From Microbotryum violaceum (lineage: Eukaryota): a stretch of 64,000 nt of DNA. Position 1 is the stretch's first letter. Each line of letters begins with the position of its first letter. The notes under the pieces were generated by a model that was given only the letters and a program-made list of their open reading frames with translations, was not told where the DNA came from and did no database searches. A program made the position numbers and the translations under genes. Positions 62,196-64,000 of the stretch are shown in pieces. The stretch spans positions 744,001-808,000 of the forward strand of contig CDLV01000005.1 of the NCBI GenBank assembly GCA_001244265.2, in the 5' to 3' direction.

Positions 62196-64000
62196 CTAAG
62201 GCTTTGCCGCTGGTGACATCGACTCTAACCCTCGGGTTCCAGCTTGGGCTTCTTTCTTCAGTCCCCGAAAGTGGGGACTAAAGTTGAGGGTCGCAAGATT
62301 ACAGTCGATCAAGCACAACGAGCCATCGTGGCGTCGCACGACGTTGCGAAGCTTACGGTCCGAATGATCGATTCCATACTTCTCGAACAGTTTGTATGCG
62401 TCGCTATGGAGGACCATATCACACGCATCAGTGACCTGTAAAAGTAGGACAGTATGGCCCCCCTTCCCGTGAGAGCTCACCATATCTGTTGCTGAAGATT
62501 GTCGTCCGACCTCTCAGCGAAGGGGATTGGATTGCCGGCGTAACCCATGATCAAAACGAGCGTCCGACCGCCGCTTGATCGATAGGTTCCATAAGAGTGC
62601 GGGAGAAATGCGCGAGTTTCCTTCAGGAGTAGAGGGAACACCGTTTCATAAAAAATCGATTCTCGTATCCCCGCTTCCGTGTGGACGTCGTCATCTAACA
62701 GCTTGATCACCACTGGCTGGTCGGTCGGGATCGAAGTCCGTCGCGTCTCCGAGTCCCCGTCCGAGGTCTTGTCGTTGTCGGCGGGCGCCCCGGCTTTGAG
62801 TTGGCCAGCGGTGACAGAAGCGAATCCACCTTTGCCCAGAAGTTGGACCGCTTCCAACCTGGGCAGGGAATCGAATTTGACCTTGTTCTGATCCGACAAC
62901 TTGGCGATCCCTCTCGCAGGGCGCCCATCCTCTTCGACTAGCGGTTCGGATAGATAAGACAGCAGTGCAGATGACAATTGGCTGAGCCGGCGACTCGGCT
63001 TGTATCGTAAAGGTTTAGAGCGTCCCTTCGTTTTCCAACCGACTTCGAAAACTACGGCTTCCATGGGGGTATACTCGTGCCGCCACTCGAGTTTGACGAA
63101 GCCGAAACGCGGCTGTTGGACGCAGAGCATGTGGGTTAGCCAGCATACACGAGAGAAACCCCACCATCCGCCTACCGTAAAACAAATGAAGCAGCAGTTA
63201 TGGCGCTGGCGTTGGTTCTGTATCAAGGTCGAGGCTTACCGGCCATGATGTGGTGTTCAGCCTCGTCTTAACAATGAAGTTGCTGGACCTCCACGCGTCG
63301 ACGAGATTCGGATATGGTGTGGGCTGGTTTCTCACTCGATAGGAACTTCGACTGATATCTTTGGACACATCGGAGGGAATTGCGCTCGGCGACTTGGAGA
63401 CAGCCCCGCCCGCAGGCTGCGCGTCTGTGAGAGATTGACCATCGCGATGCGGATCTGACGGCTCTTGCCGGGCACCAAAAAGCGAGTCGAGGGTGCCGGA
63501 AGAAGGACCGGGTGTGTGCATGACGTAGTCCAGGATGGATGCCAAAAACATGAGACTAACTGATCGTTGCTGAAACGAAAATGGGATTTCGCCCTGGTAC
63601 AGGTAGCTCGGGTAGACCGTTCGGAAGATGGGGGTGTAGAGCAGTCCACATTCTTGCGAATTATTCGGGTTCTCAACTGCCCGAAAAACGCAGACAGTTT
63701 TCAGCTCCAGTCCGGTGTAGTTCGACAGACGGGTGACGACCTACCGGACTCGGCCAGGATCGCGAGGCGAGTGCTCATGATCAAGCCAAAGCGCACGGGA
63801 ACCTCGACTTGTCCGGTCGCCGCGTTACGCTGAACCGCGGAGTGCATCCTCCAGGCAAGCTACAGAGACAGGATCTTCGGTGGTCAGCATGAATGTGCCC
63901 AGTGTACGAATTAAGAATGAATGCCACATGCTCACCTTGTTCAGCATCGCCTGCGCGCCGTGGCTCCTGCCGCTTGGATCGAGCGGGATCGGCCCACGCT
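62196..64000 (-). CDS. Atypical protein-kinase-like gene, copy 2, 5' part beyond the window; visible exons appear intact
   Basis: LLGKGGFASV, VVIKLL, ESIFYE, PHSYGTY, IDHSDRKLRNVV, LCLIDCNLA; same intron positions as copy 1. Confidence 0.78.

Overview
Intron-rich, GC-rich eukaryotic DNA, inferred from gene content and intron style to be a basidiomycete fungus (Microbotryomycetes/Pucciniomycotina-like). Positions 1-50200 are a dense housekeeping block: amidohydrolase, PRP31, TPR-SET protein, ELP2, TAF13, a head-to-head CAP59/CAP64-like pair, mitochondrial uL11, a Pex14/17-like gene, NAA50, YSH1/CPSF73, TRM7, PHO84, HIS2, ATG22, OCA6-like, dynamitin, CDC26-like and a TPP1/Est3-like OB-fold gene. 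The strongest novelty is a single-gene fusion of the ER glucosidase II alpha (GH31) and beta (PRKCSH/MRH, KDEL) subunits at 33631-38784, with the junction inside one uninterrupted exon. Positions 50200-64000 are accessory: a U6 snRNA gene split by a spliceosomal intron, a duplicate of its 3' half, candidate structured RNAs upstream of it, two inverted paralogs of an atypical kinase-like gene (one a pseudogene), and a decayed L1/Tx1-like retrotransposon carrying a nested 201-bp TG...CA insertion. All calls were made by eye from motifs; no database searches were run and exon boundaries are manual.
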